Positions 10,015-20,666 are shown, counted from the first letter of the stretch. The stretch: DNA of 54,364 nt from an uncultured cyanobacterium (GCA_937128595.1 CAKZMO010000005.1:1-54364); one strand, 5' to 3'. Made by a program: numbers and translations. The notes: a model not told the origin generated them from the letters alone.

Positions 10015-10434
10015 ATGCTTAGCCCAAAACGAACAAAATTTCGTAAACAACATCGTGGTCGAATGCGTGGTTTAGCGTCTCGTGGTAGCACACTCAATTT
10101 TGGAGATTTCGCACTGCAGGCTCTAGAACCTTCTTGGATTACGTCTCGGCAAATCGAAGCTGGTCGGCGCGCCATGACTCGTTATGTTCGCCGGGGAGGC
10201 AAAATTTGGATTCGTATCTTCCCAGACAAACCTATTACGATGCGCCCTGCAGAAACACGGATGGGTTCTGGTAAAGGAAATCCGGAATATTGGGTTGCTG
10301 TTGTTAAGCCCGGTCGAATTCTATTTGAAATTGCGGGTGTGCCTGAGGAAGTGGCACGTGAAGCAATGAGGCTAGCGTCTTCTAAGTTGCCTATCAAAAC
10401 AAAGTTTATTAAACGAGAGACGGAGGATACTTAG
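10015..10434 (+). CDS. rplP: 50S ribosomal protein L16
   Basis: 139 aa. Starts [19 protein letters not shown] and contains [32 protein letters not shown]. Confidence 0.98.
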   Translation: MLSPKRTKFRKQHRGRMRGLASRGSTLNFGDFALQALEPSWITSRQIEAGRRAMTRYVRRGGKIWIRIFPDKPITMRPAETRMGSGKGNPEYWVAVVKPGRILFEIAGVPEEVAREAMRLASSKLPIKTKFIKRETEDT

Positions 10435-10436
10435 AA

Positions 10437-10733
10437 ATGCCACTCTCCAAAATGTCAGAAATTCGTAAACTGACTGACGAAGTCCTGCAGGAGCAAATTG
10501 TAGACACGAAAAAGCAGCTTTTTGACTTGCGGTTTCAGAAAGCAACTCGGCAGCTTGAAACGACTCATCAGTTCAAGCATAGCCGACATCGTCTGGCTCA
10601 GTTGTTGACTGCTGAGCGCGAGCGTCAAATAAATAAGATTATGACTGAATCTGCTTCTGAAGCGGGTTCTAAAACATCGGAAGCAGATTCATTAGATAAA
10701 TCTGCTTCTCCATCTGAAGCAGAAGAGGATTAG
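10437..10733 (+). CDS. rpmC: 50S ribosomal protein L29 with an acidic Ser-rich C-terminal extension
   Basis: 98 aa. The L29 core is IRKLTDEVLQEQIVDTKKQLFDLRFQKATRQLETTHQFKHSRHRLAQLLT. About 30 extra residues follow (ESASEAGSKTSEADSLDKSASPSEAEED). Confidence 0.93.
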   Translation: MPLSKMSEIRKLTDEVLQEQIVDTKKQLFDLRFQKATRQLETTHQFKHSRHRLAQLLTAERERQINKIMTESASEAGSKTSEADSLDKSASPSEAEED

Positions 10734-10739
10734 GCAAGC

Positions 10740-10982
10740 ATGGCTAAAAAAGAAAGAGTGGGCGTCGTCGTCAGCGACAAGATGGATAAGACTATTGTCG
10801 TCGCGATCGAAACACGTGTTCCGCATCCAAAGTACCGCAAGATTATGGTGCGAACGAAGCGTTATAAAGTTCACGATGCAGACAACAAATGCTCCGTTGG
10901 CGATCGCGTTCGGATTCAGGAAACACGTCCCTTGAGCCGTGATAAAAACTGGATTGTTGCGGAAGTGATTGGCACTAAGTAA
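10740..10982 (+). CDS. rpsQ: 30S ribosomal protein S17
   Basis: 80 aa. [43 protein letters not shown]...[13 protein letters not shown]. Confidence 0.97.
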   Translation: MAKKERVGVVVSDKMDKTIVVAIETRVPHPKYRKIMVRTKRYKVHDADNKCSVGDRVRIQETRPLSRDKNWIVAEVIGTK

Positions 10983-11051
10983 GCCAATCGGCACAGATGA
11001 AACGAACTGACTATTTTCTTAGTTTTCTTTATTGTCCCAGGAGACCTAATC

Positions 11052-11417
11052 GTGATTCAGCAAGAGTCATACCTTAACGTTGCTGACAACAGCGGAGCCC
11101 GCAAGCTGATGTGTATTCGTGTCCTTGGCGGCAATCGTCGTTACGCGGGGGTTGGAGACATCGTTGTTGCGGTAGTGAAAGACGCGCTTCCAAACATGGC
11201 GGTCAAAAAGTCAGACATTGTGCGGGCTGTCATTGTTCGAACTCGAAAAGGGCTGCGTCGAGAGAGCGGTATGAGTATTCGGTTCGATGACAATGCCGCA
11301 GTCATTATTAATGCTGAGGGAAACCCAAGAGGAACGCGCGTGTTTGGGCCTGTCGCTCGCGAACTTCGAGATAAGAATTTTACTAAGATTGTTTCTCTAG
11401 CTCCGGAGGTTCTCTGA
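11052..11417 (+). CDS. rplN: 50S ribosomal protein L14
   Basis: 121 aa with a GTG start. [26 protein letters not shown] is the canonical L14 N-terminus. Confidence 0.98.
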   Translation: MIQQESYLNVADNSGARKLMCIRVLGGNRRYAGVGDIVVAVVKDALPNMAVKKSDIVRAVIVRTRKGLRRESGMSIRFDDNAAVIINAEGNPRGTRVFGPVARELRDKNFTKIVSLAPEVL

Positions 11418-11770
11418 TGGCACAAAAAAAATCGGCTTCTAAGCCCAAGCGCTACACGATGCATGTGAAAACTGGCGATACAGTTCAGGTAATTACCGGA
11501 GCGGAAAAAGGAAAAGTCGGAAAAGTTGTTCAAACTCTCCCAAAATTAAACAAAGTGGTAATTGAGGGAGTTAATACTCGAACCAAACACGTGAAGCCTC
11601 GCCAAGAAGGAGAATCTGGACAGATCCAGACTTTCGACGCGCCCATCCATAGCTCCAACGTGATGCTTTACTCGTCGAAAGAAAAAGTCGCGAGCCGTGT
11701 CTGCTACACCTACAACTCTGACGGTAGAAAGGTCAGAATGCTCAAAAAAACGGGTGAAGTCCTTGACTAG
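11417..11770 (+). CDS. rplX: 50S ribosomal protein L24
   Basis: 117 aa. The KOW region is [23 protein letters not shown]. The start overlaps the rplN stop as TGATG. Confidence 0.95.
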   Translation: MAQKKSASKPKRYTMHVKTGDTVQVITGAEKGKVGKVVQTLPKLNKVVIEGVNTRTKHVKPRQEGESGQIQTFDAPIHSSNVMLYSSKEKVASRVCYTYNSDGRKVRMLKKTGEVLD

Positions 11771-11884
11771 TATTCATCGGCAACTTGAATCCAAGTCGTG
11801 TTCTCTTTTGATTTTCGCTAACATGTTTCAATTTTCGATCGAATAACTTTCCTGACAAAGACCAGGAATTTACAGGGTAAAGAG

Positions 11885-12436
11885 ATGGTGACTACACAAC
11901 GAATGAAAGTCCTGTATCAGGACAAAGTTGTTCCTAAACTTGTTGAACAGTTTGAATATAAAAATATTCATCGAGTTCCCAAGCTTGTAAAGGTAACGGT
12001 GAACCGTGGCTTGGGCGAAGCTGCTCAAAACGCGAAAGCACTAGAGGCTTCGGTCAGTGAACTTGCTGTTATCACAGGTCAAAAACCTGTCGTGACGCGA
12101 GCAAAGAAGGCGATCGCTGGTTTTAAGCTTCGACAAGGTATGCCTATCGGAGCAATGGTTACCTTACGTTCAGAGCGTATGTATGCGTTCCTCGACCGAT
12201 TGCTAAACCTCGCTTTGCCTCGAATTCGAGATTTCCGTGGCGTCAACCCAAATAGCTTTGACGGTCGTGGAAACTATACTCTTGGCGTTCGAGAGCAGTT
12301 AATCTTTCCCGAAGTTGAGTACGACAGCATTGACCAAATTCGTGGAATGGACATCTCGATTGTAACGACTGCAAACACAGACGAGGAAGGGCGTGCCCTT
12401 CTCAAAGAACTGGGTATGCCTTTCTGGGACAAGTGA
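11885..12436 (+). CDS. rplE: 50S ribosomal protein L5
   Basis: 183 aa. Contains [38 protein letters not shown] and [18 protein letters not shown]. Confidence 0.97.
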   Translation: MVTTQRMKVLYQDKVVPKLVEQFEYKNIHRVPKLVKVTVNRGLGEAAQNAKALEASVSELAVITGQKPVVTRAKKAIAGFKLRQGMPIGAMVTLRSERMYAFLDRLLNLALPRIRDFRGVNPNSFDGRGNYTLGVREQLIFPEVEYDSIDQIRGMDISIVTTANTDEEGRALLKELGMPFWDK

Positions 12437-12460
12437 CAGGATTTTACGTAAGAGGGATCT

Positions 12461-12862
12461 ATGGCATCCAACGACACGATTGCAGATATGCTAACGCGCA
12501 TTCGAAATGCGAACCTTGCACGACATCAGGTAGTCGAGGTTCCTTCGACTCGGATGACTCGAAACATCGCTAAAGTTCTCAGAGATGAGGGCTTTATTGA
12601 TGAATTCTCTGAAGCTGGTGAGGGAATCAATCGAAATATTGTTATCTCCCTCAAATACAAAGGGCGTAGACGACAGCCCATCATTCGCAAGTTGGAGCGG
12701 ATTAGTAAGCCTGGCTTACGAGTCTATTCAAGACGCAACAACTTACCTCGAGTACTTGGAGGTATTGGGGTTGCTATTATTTCAACCTCTCAAGGTGTGA
12801 TGACGGATCGAGATGCTCGTCGTCAAGGCGTAGGTGGCGAGGTACTTTGCTACATTTGGTAG
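12461..12862 (+). CDS. rpsH: 30S ribosomal protein S8
   Basis: 133 aa. Starts [19 protein letters not shown] and ends GGEVLCYIW. No rpsN lies between rplE and rpsH, as in cyanobacteria. Confidence 0.97.
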   Translation: MASNDTIADMLTRIRNANLARHQVVEVPSTRMTRNIAKVLRDEGFIDEFSEAGEGINRNIVISLKYKGRRRQPIIRKLERISKPGLRVYSRRNNLPRVLGGIGVAIISTSQGVMTDRDARRQGVGGEVLCYIW

Positions 12863-12987
12863 TCATCGTTTTTAGGCGTTGCGTAACACGTCTGCTGTTT
12901 CAAGAAGTCATAGTTCTCGGTATCAAATACTCGTAATCATCGACGCATTGAGGCAGAGGTTCAAGTCCGTCAAGGAGATTCAGTACA

Positions 12988-13527
12988 ATGTCACGTATTG
13001 GTAAAAGACCCATTAAAATTCCTCCCAAAGTCACAGTTACAATTGATGGATCCGACTTGACTGTTAAGGGACCCAAAGGAGAACTATCGCGAACATTGCC
13101 TTCAGAAGTCAGTGTGACTCAGGAAGATGATGTATTGACAGTAGCGCGGGTGAATGAATCAAGAGCGGCTCGTCAGCGTCATGGACTTTCCAGAACACTG
13201 CTCGCCAACATGGTCGAAGGAGTTTCCGCCGGATTTCAGAAGCGGTTAGAAATCCAGGGAGTTGGTTACAGAGCACAGGTTCAGGGGAAGAACTTGATTC
13301 TCAACGTAGGGTACAGCAATCCTGTTCAAATTGAACCTCCTGCTGGCATTGACCTAAGTGTGGAAGCTAACACCAACGTTTTAGTCAGTGGTATTGACAA
13401 AGAAATGGTGGGCAATATTGCAGCTCGCATTCGGGATGTTCGACCTCCGGAGCCATATAAAGGGAAAGGAATTCGCTACGCGAACGAAGTAGTGAGACGG
13501 AAGGCCGGAAAAGCAGGGAAGAAATAA
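12988..13527 (+). CDS. rplF: 50S ribosomal protein L6
   Basis: 179 aa. Starts [35 protein letters not shown] and contains [11 protein letters not shown]. Confidence 0.97.
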   Translation: MSRIGKRPIKIPPKVTVTIDGSDLTVKGPKGELSRTLPSEVSVTQEDDVLTVARVNESRAARQRHGLSRTLLANMVEGVSAGFQKRLEIQGVGYRAQVQGKNLILNVGYSNPVQIEPPAGIDLSVEANTNVLVSGIDKEMVGNIAARIRDVRPPEPYKGKGIRYANEVVRRKAGKAGKK

Positions 13528-13530
13528 ATC

Positions 13531-13893
13531 ATGAAACTTAATCGCAAAGAATCAACCCGACGTCGCCATATTCGAATCCGCAAAAGACTTCAAGGCACAT
13601 CCGAGAGACCTCGTCTAGCGGTCTTTCGATCTCATCAACATATTTATGCTCAGGTTATTGATGACTCGCGACATATTACTCTTGTCTCTGCTTCGACCTT
13701 AGATCCTGAATTAAAAGGCGAACTGTCGGTCAGTCGAACATGTGAAGCATCTAGTCGTGTGGGAGAAGTACTTGCAAAGCGATCGCTCGACCAAGGTATT
13801 TGCCAAGTCGTCTTCGACCGCGGCGGAAAGCTCTATCATGGCCGCGTCAAAGCTCTTGCTGAAGCTGCGCGAGAAGCTGGACTTGAGTTTTGA
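13531..13893 (+). CDS. rplR: 50S ribosomal protein L18
   Basis: 120 aa. Contains [35 protein letters not shown] and ends [26 protein letters not shown]. Confidence 0.97.
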   Translation: MKLNRKESTRRRHIRIRKRLQGTSERPRLAVFRSHQHIYAQVIDDSRHITLVSASTLDPELKGELSVSRTCEASSRVGEVLAKRSLDQGICQVVFDRGGKLYHGRVKALAEAAREAGLEF

Positions 13894-13988
13894 GGATTTT
13901 GCTCTTCTTTTTCCAGTCTAAAGTTGAGTGTTGCATCAGTAGCTTCATCACAAAGTGACACAGAGATACTAATAGGGAGATACCAATA

Positions 13989-14510
13989 ATGGCTAACCGT
14001 CGTAAAGGTGGCAAAGCAAAAGAGAAAGAGTCAGAGTGGCAAGAACGAGTTGTCCAAATTCGCCGAGTCACAAAAGTTGTTAAAGGCGGCAAGACTTTGA
14101 GCTTTCGCGCTGTTGTTGTTGTTGGTAACGAGCGTGGACAAGTTGGTGTTGGCGTTGGTAAGGCCAGTGATGTAATCGGTGCCGTTCGTAAAGGCGTAGC
14201 TGATGCGAAAAAGCACTTGGTGGTTGTGCCCTTGTCAAAATCCAATTCAATTCCGCACCCTACTCGTGGTGTTAGCGGAGGTGCTCGAGTCATGATGCGT
14301 CCTGCAGGTCCAGGTACAGGTGTAATTGCAGGCGGTGCAGTTCGAACCGTTCTTGAGTTGTCGGGAGTTCGTAACATTTTGGCGAAGCAACTTGGCTCCA
14401 GTAACCCACTCAACAATGCGCGAGCAGCGGTAGATGCCCTCGACACATTGAGAACCTTGTCAGATGTTGCACAAGAGCGCGATGTCGCGATTGAAAAGCT
14501 TTACGCCTAA
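13989..14510 (+). CDS. rpsE: 30S ribosomal protein S5
   Basis: 173 aa. Contains [40 protein letters not shown] and [19 protein letters not shown]. Confidence 0.97.
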   Translation: MANRRKGGKAKEKESEWQERVVQIRRVTKVVKGGKTLSFRAVVVVGNERGQVGVGVGKASDVIGAVRKGVADAKKHLVVVPLSKSNSIPHPTRGVSGGARVMMRPAGPGTGVIAGGAVRTVLELSGVRNILAKQLGSSNPLNNARAAVDALDTLRTLSDVAQERDVAIEKLYA

Positions 14511-14586
14511 ATACGAGCGATCATTTCGGAAGGCTCTGAAAGCAAAATATATCTATCTATGATGTGTACTAGAAGGTTTGGTTGAC

Positions 14587-15033
14587 ATGAGATTACAAGA
14601 TGCTCAGCCTAAGCAAGGCTCCAAGCGACGTCGGCGTCGTATTGGTCGGGGAATCTCTGCAGGCCAAGGTGCGAGTGGAGGCTTCGGGATGCGTGGGCAA
14701 AAATCGCGCTCCGGTTCCGGTACTCGTCCAGGTTTTGAAGGAGGTCAGCTTCCACTCTATCGGAGAATCCCGAAGCTCAAGCATTTTACAGTTATCAACC
14801 GTAAGAACTACACCGTGATAAACGTCGAGCGTCTTAGCGAGCTACCTAAGGATACAGAGGTTACTCTTGAGTCCCTCATGGACGCTGGCATTGTCACAGC
14901 TAATGACGGGCCGCTGAAGATATTAGGCAATGGTGAAATCGACGTGGCTTTGCAAGTTAAGGCAGCGGCATTCACAAAAAGTGCAAAGGATAAGATCGAA
15001 GCAGCTGGGGGTTCCTGCGAAACACCGTCTTAA
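14587..15033 (+). CDS. rplO: 50S ribosomal protein L15
   Basis: Contains [31 protein letters not shown] and [18 protein letters not shown] 14587 (MRLQDAQP...) is preferred over the track's TTG 14578. Confidence 0.96.
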   Translation: MRLQDAQPKQGSKRRRRRIGRGISAGQGASGGFGMRGQKSRSGSGTRPGFEGGQLPLYRRIPKLKHFTVINRKNYTVINVERLSELPKDTEVTLESLMDAGIVTANDGPLKILGNGEIDVALQVKAAAFTKSAKDKIEAAGGSCETPS

Positions 15034-15167
15034 TGCTTTGAAAGACGATGTCGATTCGCCAAAAGCTACGACAGCGGGCATACCCAATAAAAGCCTAAGG
15101 AACGTTATCCTGATAAAGAGATTGTAGGGATTCGCCAAAACGATTTTCATATTTAAGGGAGTATTGT

Positions 15168-16478
15168 ATGGTCGTTAGCCGAGACAAGTCACCCACTGCT
15201 CAAGAGACTTTCATGCAGATGGCTCAGGCTGCTGGCTTGAGAAAACGAATTTTGCTGACAGTCGGATTACTAATACTGGCTCGTCTCGGGGTGTTTATCC
15301 CTGTTCCAGGAATTGACAGAGTTGCTTTCACCAATGCAATAGAAGGTAGTGGCTTCGGGGGCATTCTCAATTTCATTGACATCCTCGCGGGCGGTGGATT
15401 TGCCCAGTTGGGGATCTTTGCACTCGGAATTTTGCCCTTTATCAACGCTTCTATCATCATGCAGCTTTTGACAGCTGCGATTCCAAGCCTAGAGGATTTG
15501 CAGAAAAACGAAGGTGAGGCAGGCCGTCGTAAAATCTCACAGATTACCCGCTACGTTGCTTTGGGCTGGTCGGCTTTACAAAGCGTTGGTATTGCTCTAT
15601 TTGTCAATACCTTTGCAACTTCGCCAGGTACTTTGTTTGTCATACAGACAGTTTTGGCTTTGGTCGCAGGTTCAATGTTTGTCATGTGGATGGGTGAACT
15701 CATCACAGAAAAAGGAATTGGGAACGGAGCTTCTCTGCTTATTTTCCTCAACATTTGTTCAAGTCTTCCTAACTCGTTTGGAGACACAATTGATCTAGCT
15801 CAAGAAGGCAACCGTGGGATTATTGGAGGCATTGTCATTCTGATGTTGGCCTTCCTCGCAATGATTGTTGGTATTGTTTTTGTGCAGGAAGGAACGCGTC
15901 GAATCCCAATTGTTTCTGCTAGACGTCAAGTTGGTCGTCGCACTTATCTAGAGAAAAGCAGCTATCTTCCGTTGAGACTCAATCAAGGAGGAGTGATGCC
16001 CATTATCTTTGCTTCGGCGGTTTTGATCATTCCTGCATCTCTAACGCAGTTTTTTCAGAATGACGCTTTAATAACAGTTGTAAACGCTTTACAACCAGGT
16101 TCTTGGGTTTATGTTGTGGTCTTTCTGACCTTGATTCTGTTTTTCAGCTATTTCTACGCTTCACTGATTGTCAACCCTGAAGATATGTCGAAGAATCTTA
16201 AAAAGATGGGCTCAAGTATTCCAGGCATTCGTCCTGGAAAGGCTACTTGCGAATATCTAACGAAGGTCTTGAACCGTTTGACATTTCTGGGCGCAATTTT
16301 CCTGGGCATGGTGGCCATCATTCCTACTGCTGTAGAAGGAGCAACAGGAATAACAACGTTTCAGCAAGGATTTGGTGCCACCTCTCTTCTAATTCTGGTT
16401 GGCGTTGCTATTGATACCGCGAAGCAAGTTCAAACTTACGTTATATCTCAGCGTTACGAAGGCATGGTGAAGCAATAG
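15168..16478 (+). CDS. secY: Preprotein translocase subunit SecY
   Basis: 436 aa multi-pass membrane protein. Contains FIPVPGID, FALGILPFINASIIMQLL, WMGELITEKGIGNGASLLIF and GGVMPIIFASA. Confidence 0.98.
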   Translation: MVVSRDKSPTAQETFMQMAQAAGLRKRILLTVGLLILARLGVFIPVPGIDRVAFTNAIEGSGFGGILNFIDILAGGGFAQLGIFALGILPFINASIIMQLLTAAIPSLEDLQKNEGEAGRRKISQITRYVALGWSALQSVGIALFVNTFATSPGTLFVIQTVLALVAGSMFVMWMGELITEKGIGNGASLLIFLNICSSLPNSFGDTIDLAQEGNRGIIGGIVILMLAFLAMIVGIVFVQEGTRRIPIVSARRQVGRRTYLEKSSYLPLRLNQGGVMPIIFASAVLIIPASLTQFFQNDALITVVNALQPGSWVYVVVFLTLILFFSYFYASLIVNPEDMSKNLKKMGSSIPGIRPGKATCEYLTKVLNRLTFLGAIFLGMVAIIPTAVEGATGITTFQQGFGATSLLILVGVAIDTAKQVQTYVISQRYEGMVKQ

Positions 16479-16565
16479 TTTATGGCGCGAGACTGAAGAT
16501 TTCGAAAATCGTAGCTTGGCTGTCAACTACTAATACTAAAGCGCTGATTTCTGGAGGAACCTGAT

Positions 16566-16790
16566 TTGTCTAAACAAGACCTGATCGAAATGGAGGGAAC
16601 AGTCACTGACTCTCTACCCAATGCTATGTTTCGTGTTGATTTGGATAATGGATTTAATGTACTAGCTCATATTTCTGGAAAAATTCGTAGGAATTACATC
16701 AAAATTCTTCCTGGCGATCGCGTCAAAGTGGAGTTGACCCCCTACGACTTAACAAAAGGTCGCATCACATATCGCCTTCGAAAAAAATAG
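16566..16790 (+). CDS. infA: Translation initiation factor IF-1
   Basis: 74 aa. [71 protein letters not shown]. The start is TTG, 8 nt after GGAGGA. Confidence 0.97.
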   Translation: MSKQDLIEMEGTVTDSLPNAMFRVDLDNGFNVLAHISGKIRRNYIKILPGDRVKVELTPYDLTKGRITYRLRKK

Positions 16791-16924
16791 AAGCTTGTCT
16801 TTGTCATTTTGAAATAACTATTTGTTTGTTCGACGTTGATTCATCAAATAGAATTCATTGCTTGACTTTATAAAAAGCCACCATTTGTGTAAGATAGAAT
16901 GTTGCCGTATTTTGTATTTGAGTC

Positions 16925-17038
16925 ATGAAAGTTAGACCGTCCGTCCGCAAAATGTGCGAGAAATGTCGTGTTATTCGTCGTCGCGGCAGAGTCATGGTCA
17001 TTTGTACCAATCCAAAGCACAAGCAGCGTCAAGGATAA
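16925..17038 (+). CDS. rpmJ: 50S ribosomal protein L36 (too short for the ORF track)
   Basis: ATG 16925 to TAA 17036-17038 encodes [37 protein letters not shown] (37 aa). This is the canonical L36 zinc-ribbon sequence, in the expected position between infA and rpsM. Confidence 0.95.
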   Translation: MKVRPSVRKMCEKCRVIRRRGRVMVICTNPKHKQRQG

Positions 17039-17115
17039 AGACCTCTCAAGGTTTGAGAGAGGTACTTGATTTCAGCGCTTGGTAAAACATAGATAATGTT
17101 TAGGGAGGAAATGTA

Positions 17116-17499
17116 GTGGCGAGAATTGCCGGGGTAGATTTGCCGCGCGACAAGCGGGTTGAAATTGGTCTGACTTATGTTTACGGAATTGGTTTGACAC
17201 GCTCTAAAGAAATTTTGAGTGCAGCAAACGTCAATCCAGACACTCGAGTCAAAGACCTGAGCGATGCTGAGGTAGCATCACTACGGGAAGTCGTTGAAGC
17301 TAACTACCAAGTCGAAGGTGACTTGCGACGTTGGGAGTCCATGAACATCAAACGTCTCATGGACATCGGAACTTATCGGGGGCGGCGTCATCGGATGGGT
17401 TTACCTGTTCGTGGCCAGAGAACTCGTACTAACGCTCGAACCCGTCGTGGAGGGCGTCGGACTGTGGCAGGTAAAAAGAAAGCTCCAGGGAAGAAGTAA
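17116..17499 (+). CDS. rpsM: 30S ribosomal protein S13
   Basis: 127 aa with a GTG start. Starts [34 protein letters not shown] and contains [26 protein letters not shown]. Confidence 0.97.
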   Translation: MARIAGVDLPRDKRVEIGLTYVYGIGLTRSKEILSAANVNPDTRVKDLSDAEVASLREVVEANYQVEGDLRRWESMNIKRLMDIGTYRGRRHRMGLPVRGQRTRTNARTRRGGRRTVAGKKKAPGKK

Positions 17500-17567
17500 G
17501 ACTAATTTTTCTGGTAAAAGCTACAAAACCTTTGGACAAAGCCTTTTGACGGTGAGGAATATTAAAG

Positions 17568-17963
17568 ATGGCAAGACAGATTACTAGAAAATCCGGCCCT
17601 AAGAAGCAAAAGCGGAACGTTCCTAGTGGTATGGCACATATCCGTTCCACATTTAACAACACAATCGTAACGATTACGGATATCAACGGCGAAGCGATTT
17701 CTTGGGCTTCTGCCGGTTCGAGTGGCTTTAAAGGAGCCAAAAAGGGTACTCCGTTTGCAGCCCAAACTGCGGCTGACTCTGCTGCCCGCCGTGCCATGGA
17801 TCAGGGTATGCGGCAGATCGAAGTGATGGTGAGTGGTCCTGGAGCAGGGCGAGAAACTGCTATCCGTGCTTTGCAAGGTGCAGGCTTAGAGATCACTCTG
17901 ATCCGTGATGTCACACCTATTCCTCATAACGGTTGTCGGCCTCCTAAGCGTCGTCGCGTATAG
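17568..17963 (+). CDS. rpsK: 30S ribosomal protein S11
   Basis: 131 aa. Contains [46 protein letters not shown] and ends [16 protein letters not shown]. Confidence 0.97.
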   Translation: MARQITRKSGPKKQKRNVPSGMAHIRSTFNNTIVTITDINGEAISWASAGSSGFKGAKKGTPFAAQTAADSAARRAMDQGMRQIEVMVSGPGAGRETAIRALQGAGLEITLIRDVTPIPHNGCRPPKRRRV

Positions 17964-18040
17964 GTTACTCTGTATGCAATCTAATTTGCCATATTTTCAA
18001 AAATGAGGTTTTTTTTAGAGAATAGGCTTTGTCTGTAAAG

Positions 18041-18116
18041 CAGCATCTGCTGGAAATGCAGCATTCGAGACAGTCATCGGTCTCGACACCAGCAATGTAG
18101 ATGCTGTGTTGTTTTT
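18041..18116 (+). terminator. Multi-tier stem-loop followed by a T-tract in the rpsK-rpoA spacer (candidate attenuator or internal terminator)
   Basis: Three stems nest: cagcatct (18041-18048) with agatgctg (18099-18106), gctgg (18049-18053) with ccagc (18089-18093), and tcgagac (18065-18071) with gtctcga (18080-18086). TGTTGTTTTT follows at 18107-18116. Confidence 0.4.
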
Positions 18117-18192
18117 GATGTGAATAAAACTATATTAGTTTGTCCATCTGATCTGTTAAGGGCTTCATCGACTGGGTGAAGTGGGAGGCTAT

Positions 18193-19140
18193 ATGGCACA
18201 ATTTCAAGTCGAATGTGTGGAATCTGATACCGGAGACGACCAGAGTCTATACGGCAAGTTTGTTATCGAACCGTTAGATAGGGGGCAGGGCATTACTGTA
18301 GGAAACGCTCTACGCCGGGTTTTACTATCTAATCTTCAGGGTGCTGCTGTCACAGCAGTTCGGATTGCGGGCGTAACACACGAGTTCGCTACTGTTCCCG
18401 GAGTACGGGAAGATGTGCTCGATATTTTATTGAATATGAAGGAAGTAGTTCTCAAAAGCTACACTCCTCAAATGCAGATTGGTCGACTTGTTGTTCAAGG
18501 GCCAGCAACAGTAACCGCTAGCTACTTAGATTTGCCAGCTGAGGTCGAGTGTATTAACCCTGATGACTACATTGCGACTGTATCGGCAGGTTCGACCTTA
18601 GAGATGGAGTTCCGGATTGAGACAGGTTTTGGATACCGTTCGATCCAACGCAGTCGTGATGAATCTGCTGCTTTAGATTTTTTGCAGATTGACTCAATTT
18701 TCATGCCTGTCCGCAAAGTGAACTATTCTGTCGAAGATGCTCGGGTTGGTGGGTCGCTAGAACAAGATCGGCTATTGCTTGAGCTGTGGACTAACGGCAG
18801 TCTTTCGCCACAAGATGCTCTGAGTCAAGCTGCAACGATTCTTGTTGATCTCTTCGAGCCATTGAAAAATGTCACGATTATTCCTCCTAGTGAGTTGGAT
18901 GATCCGGTTGTAAATCCTGAAAGCCAAATTCCTATCGAAGAGTTACAGCTTTCGGTCAGAGCTTACAACTGTTTGAAACGCGCTCAGATCAACTCAGTGG
19001 CAGACTTATTAGACTACACTCAGGAAGATCTTTTGGAAATTAAGAACTTCGGAGCAAAGTCTGCTGAAGAGGTGATTGAAGCTCTACAAGTTCGCTTAGG
19101 TATTACGCTGCCCCACGAAAAGTCTCCGAAGGCAACTTAG
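18193..19140 (+). CDS. rpoA: DNA-directed RNA polymerase subunit alpha
   Basis: Contains QFQVECVESDTGDDQSLYGKFVIEPLDRGQGITVGNALRRVLLSNLQG. The C-terminal domain has LQLSVRAYNCLKRAQINSVADLL. ATG 18193 follows GGGAGG and is preferred over the track's GTG 18181. Confidence 0.97.
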   Translation: MAQFQVECVESDTGDDQSLYGKFVIEPLDRGQGITVGNALRRVLLSNLQGAAVTAVRIAGVTHEFATVPGVREDVLDILLNMKEVVLKSYTPQMQIGRLVVQGPATVTASYLDLPAEVECINPDDYIATVSAGSTLEMEFRIETGFGYRSIQRSRDESAALDFLQIDSIFMPVRKVNYSVEDARVGGSLEQDRLLLELWTNGSLSPQDALSQAATILVDLFEPLKNVTIIPPSELDDPVVNPESQIPIEELQLSVRAYNCLKRAQINSVADLLDYTQEDLLEIKNFGAKSAEEVIEALQVRLGITLPHEKSPKAT

Positions 19141-19233
19141 GCACCTGATAGGTAGTGTTGCTCTCAGAATAGTGCTGGAGTAAGAGCGTCTAGTGTTGGT
19201 TTTAAGATAGATAGGATAGATAGGGTTGAGATC

Positions 19234-19584
19234 ATGCGTCACGGTCGTCGTGTTCATCAGTTAGGCAAACCTGCGGATCAAAGGCGAGCTTTGTTGAGAT
19301 CGCTTACTACAGAGTTGATTCGTCACGGTCGAATCAAAACAACGAAAGCCCGTGCGAAAGCAGTTCGCTCCGAGGTTGAAAAGATGATTACTTTGGCTAA
19401 AGACGGTTCTTTAGCAGCGCGTCGTCAAGCGATTGGTTACATCTATGATAAGCAGCTTGTTCATGCTTTGTTTGAAGGTGCTGACGAGCGTTATGGTTCT
19501 CGTCAAGGCGGGTATACGCGAATCGTCCGAACAGTCAAACGTCGGGGAGACAGCGCTGAGATGGCTATTATCGAGTTGACTTAG
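19234..19584 (+). CDS. rplQ: 50S ribosomal protein L17
   Basis: 116 aa. Starts [45 protein letters not shown]. Confidence 0.97.
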   Translation: MRHGRRVHQLGKPADQRRALLRSLTTELIRHGRIKTTKARAKAVRSEVEKMITLAKDGSLAARRQAIGYIYDKQLVHALFEGADERYGSRQGGYTRIVRTVKRRGDSAEMAIIELT

Positions 19585-19650
19585 ATTCGTGGGTGACGTT
19601 GCGCATTTACTATTCGCATTCTTGAAGACATTGAATATTAAATCGCAACA

Positions 19651-20493
19651 ATGAATCCAGACTTAGCTGATGACCCAAGCCAACGAGTTGCAGTTGTTGT
19701 TCAGTATCTAGGAACTCACTTTAGAGGCTGGCAAAGACAATCGACTGGAAGAACTGTTCAGGCTGTTCTTGAGGACTCCATTGAGTCAGTTTTGGGAAAG
19801 CACGTCTCTATTTTTGGCTCAGGACGAACCGATTCTGGAGTTCATGCCGCAGCCCAAGTTGCTCACTTTGACGCTCCTGTCAGAATTCCGGCTTACCGAT
19901 GGACTAGTATTCTGAACAGCCGTCTTCCTCAAGATGTTATGGTTCGAGCCTCTAGTGCTGTTGCTAACGACTGGCATTCATGTTTTTCGGCCATAGGACG
20001 TCGCTACAGGTACACCATTTACAACGCATCTCGACCCAATCTGTTTGTAAGCCCTTATAGCTGGCACTATTATCGTTTTGCTCTTGACGCTGAAACTATG
20101 AACTCAGCTTTAACACCCACTATGGGTCGCTGGGATCTATCGGCATTTCGGCGGAGTGGTTCGTCCCGACCGCACTCTTTTCTAGAGATGCAAGATGTTC
20201 AGTGTAAGCGCGATGGCGATTTTCTATATATCGAGCTGCAAGCTAGTGGGTTTCTATATGGGATGGTTCGTCTTTTGGTTGGCATGCTCGTTGATGTTGG
20301 TCGAGGAGCCCTTTCGGTCGAAGCGTTTACTGACATCTGGAGACAGCAGCAGCGTAATCGTGTCAGGTACGCCGCTCCTCCGCAGGGATTATGTTTACTT
20401 CGTGTCTTTTACCCTGATTTCCCAATTGCTTCCGAAATTTGGTATGATAGTCAACCGCTGTTCATTTTGCCGTCTGTTTCAGTTGAATCTTAG
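19651..20493 (+). CDS. truA: tRNA pseudouridine(38-40) synthase
   Basis: 280 aa. Contains YLGTHFRGWQRQ, GSGRTDSGVHAAAQVAHFD, RRYRYTIYN and FLYGMVRLLVG. Its position matches the cyanobacterial rplQ-truA-rplM order. Confidence 0.93.
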   Translation: MNPDLADDPSQRVAVVVQYLGTHFRGWQRQSTGRTVQAVLEDSIESVLGKHVSIFGSGRTDSGVHAAAQVAHFDAPVRIPAYRWTSILNSRLPQDVMVRASSAVANDWHSCFSAIGRRYRYTIYNASRPNLFVSPYSWHYYRFALDAETMNSALTPTMGRWDLSAFRRSGSSRPHSFLEMQDVQCKRDGDFLYIELQASGFLYGMVRLLVGMLVDVGRGALSVEAFTDIWRQQQRNRVRYAAPPQGLCLLRVFYPDFPIASEIWYDSQPLFILPSVSVES

Positions 20494-20666
20494 CTGAGTT
20501 TAGCTGTGAGTGGGTTGGAAGCAACCAGAAGCTTTAAGAGAAATGGATTGGCGATCGCCAATTGTGAGAACAGTTTGAAATGCAGCTTTCAGCATGTTTC
20601 GGTAGCGGAAATAGTCCAAGTTAGATTTCTAGTGTGTATTAATTGAGCTGAGTGGCCTTAATTGCT

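Noticed and set aside
12958-12968. GGTTCAAGTCC, resembling a tRNA T-loop, in the rpsH-rplF spacer
   Set aside because: The flanking bases (agagg / ccgtc) cannot form a T-stem, and no acceptor or anticodon arms can be drawn.
13847-14446. 199-aa minus-strand ORF
   Set aside because: It lies entirely antisense to the unmistakable rpsE and the rplR 3' end. Its Pro/Thr/Arg-rich composition is typical of a shadow frame.
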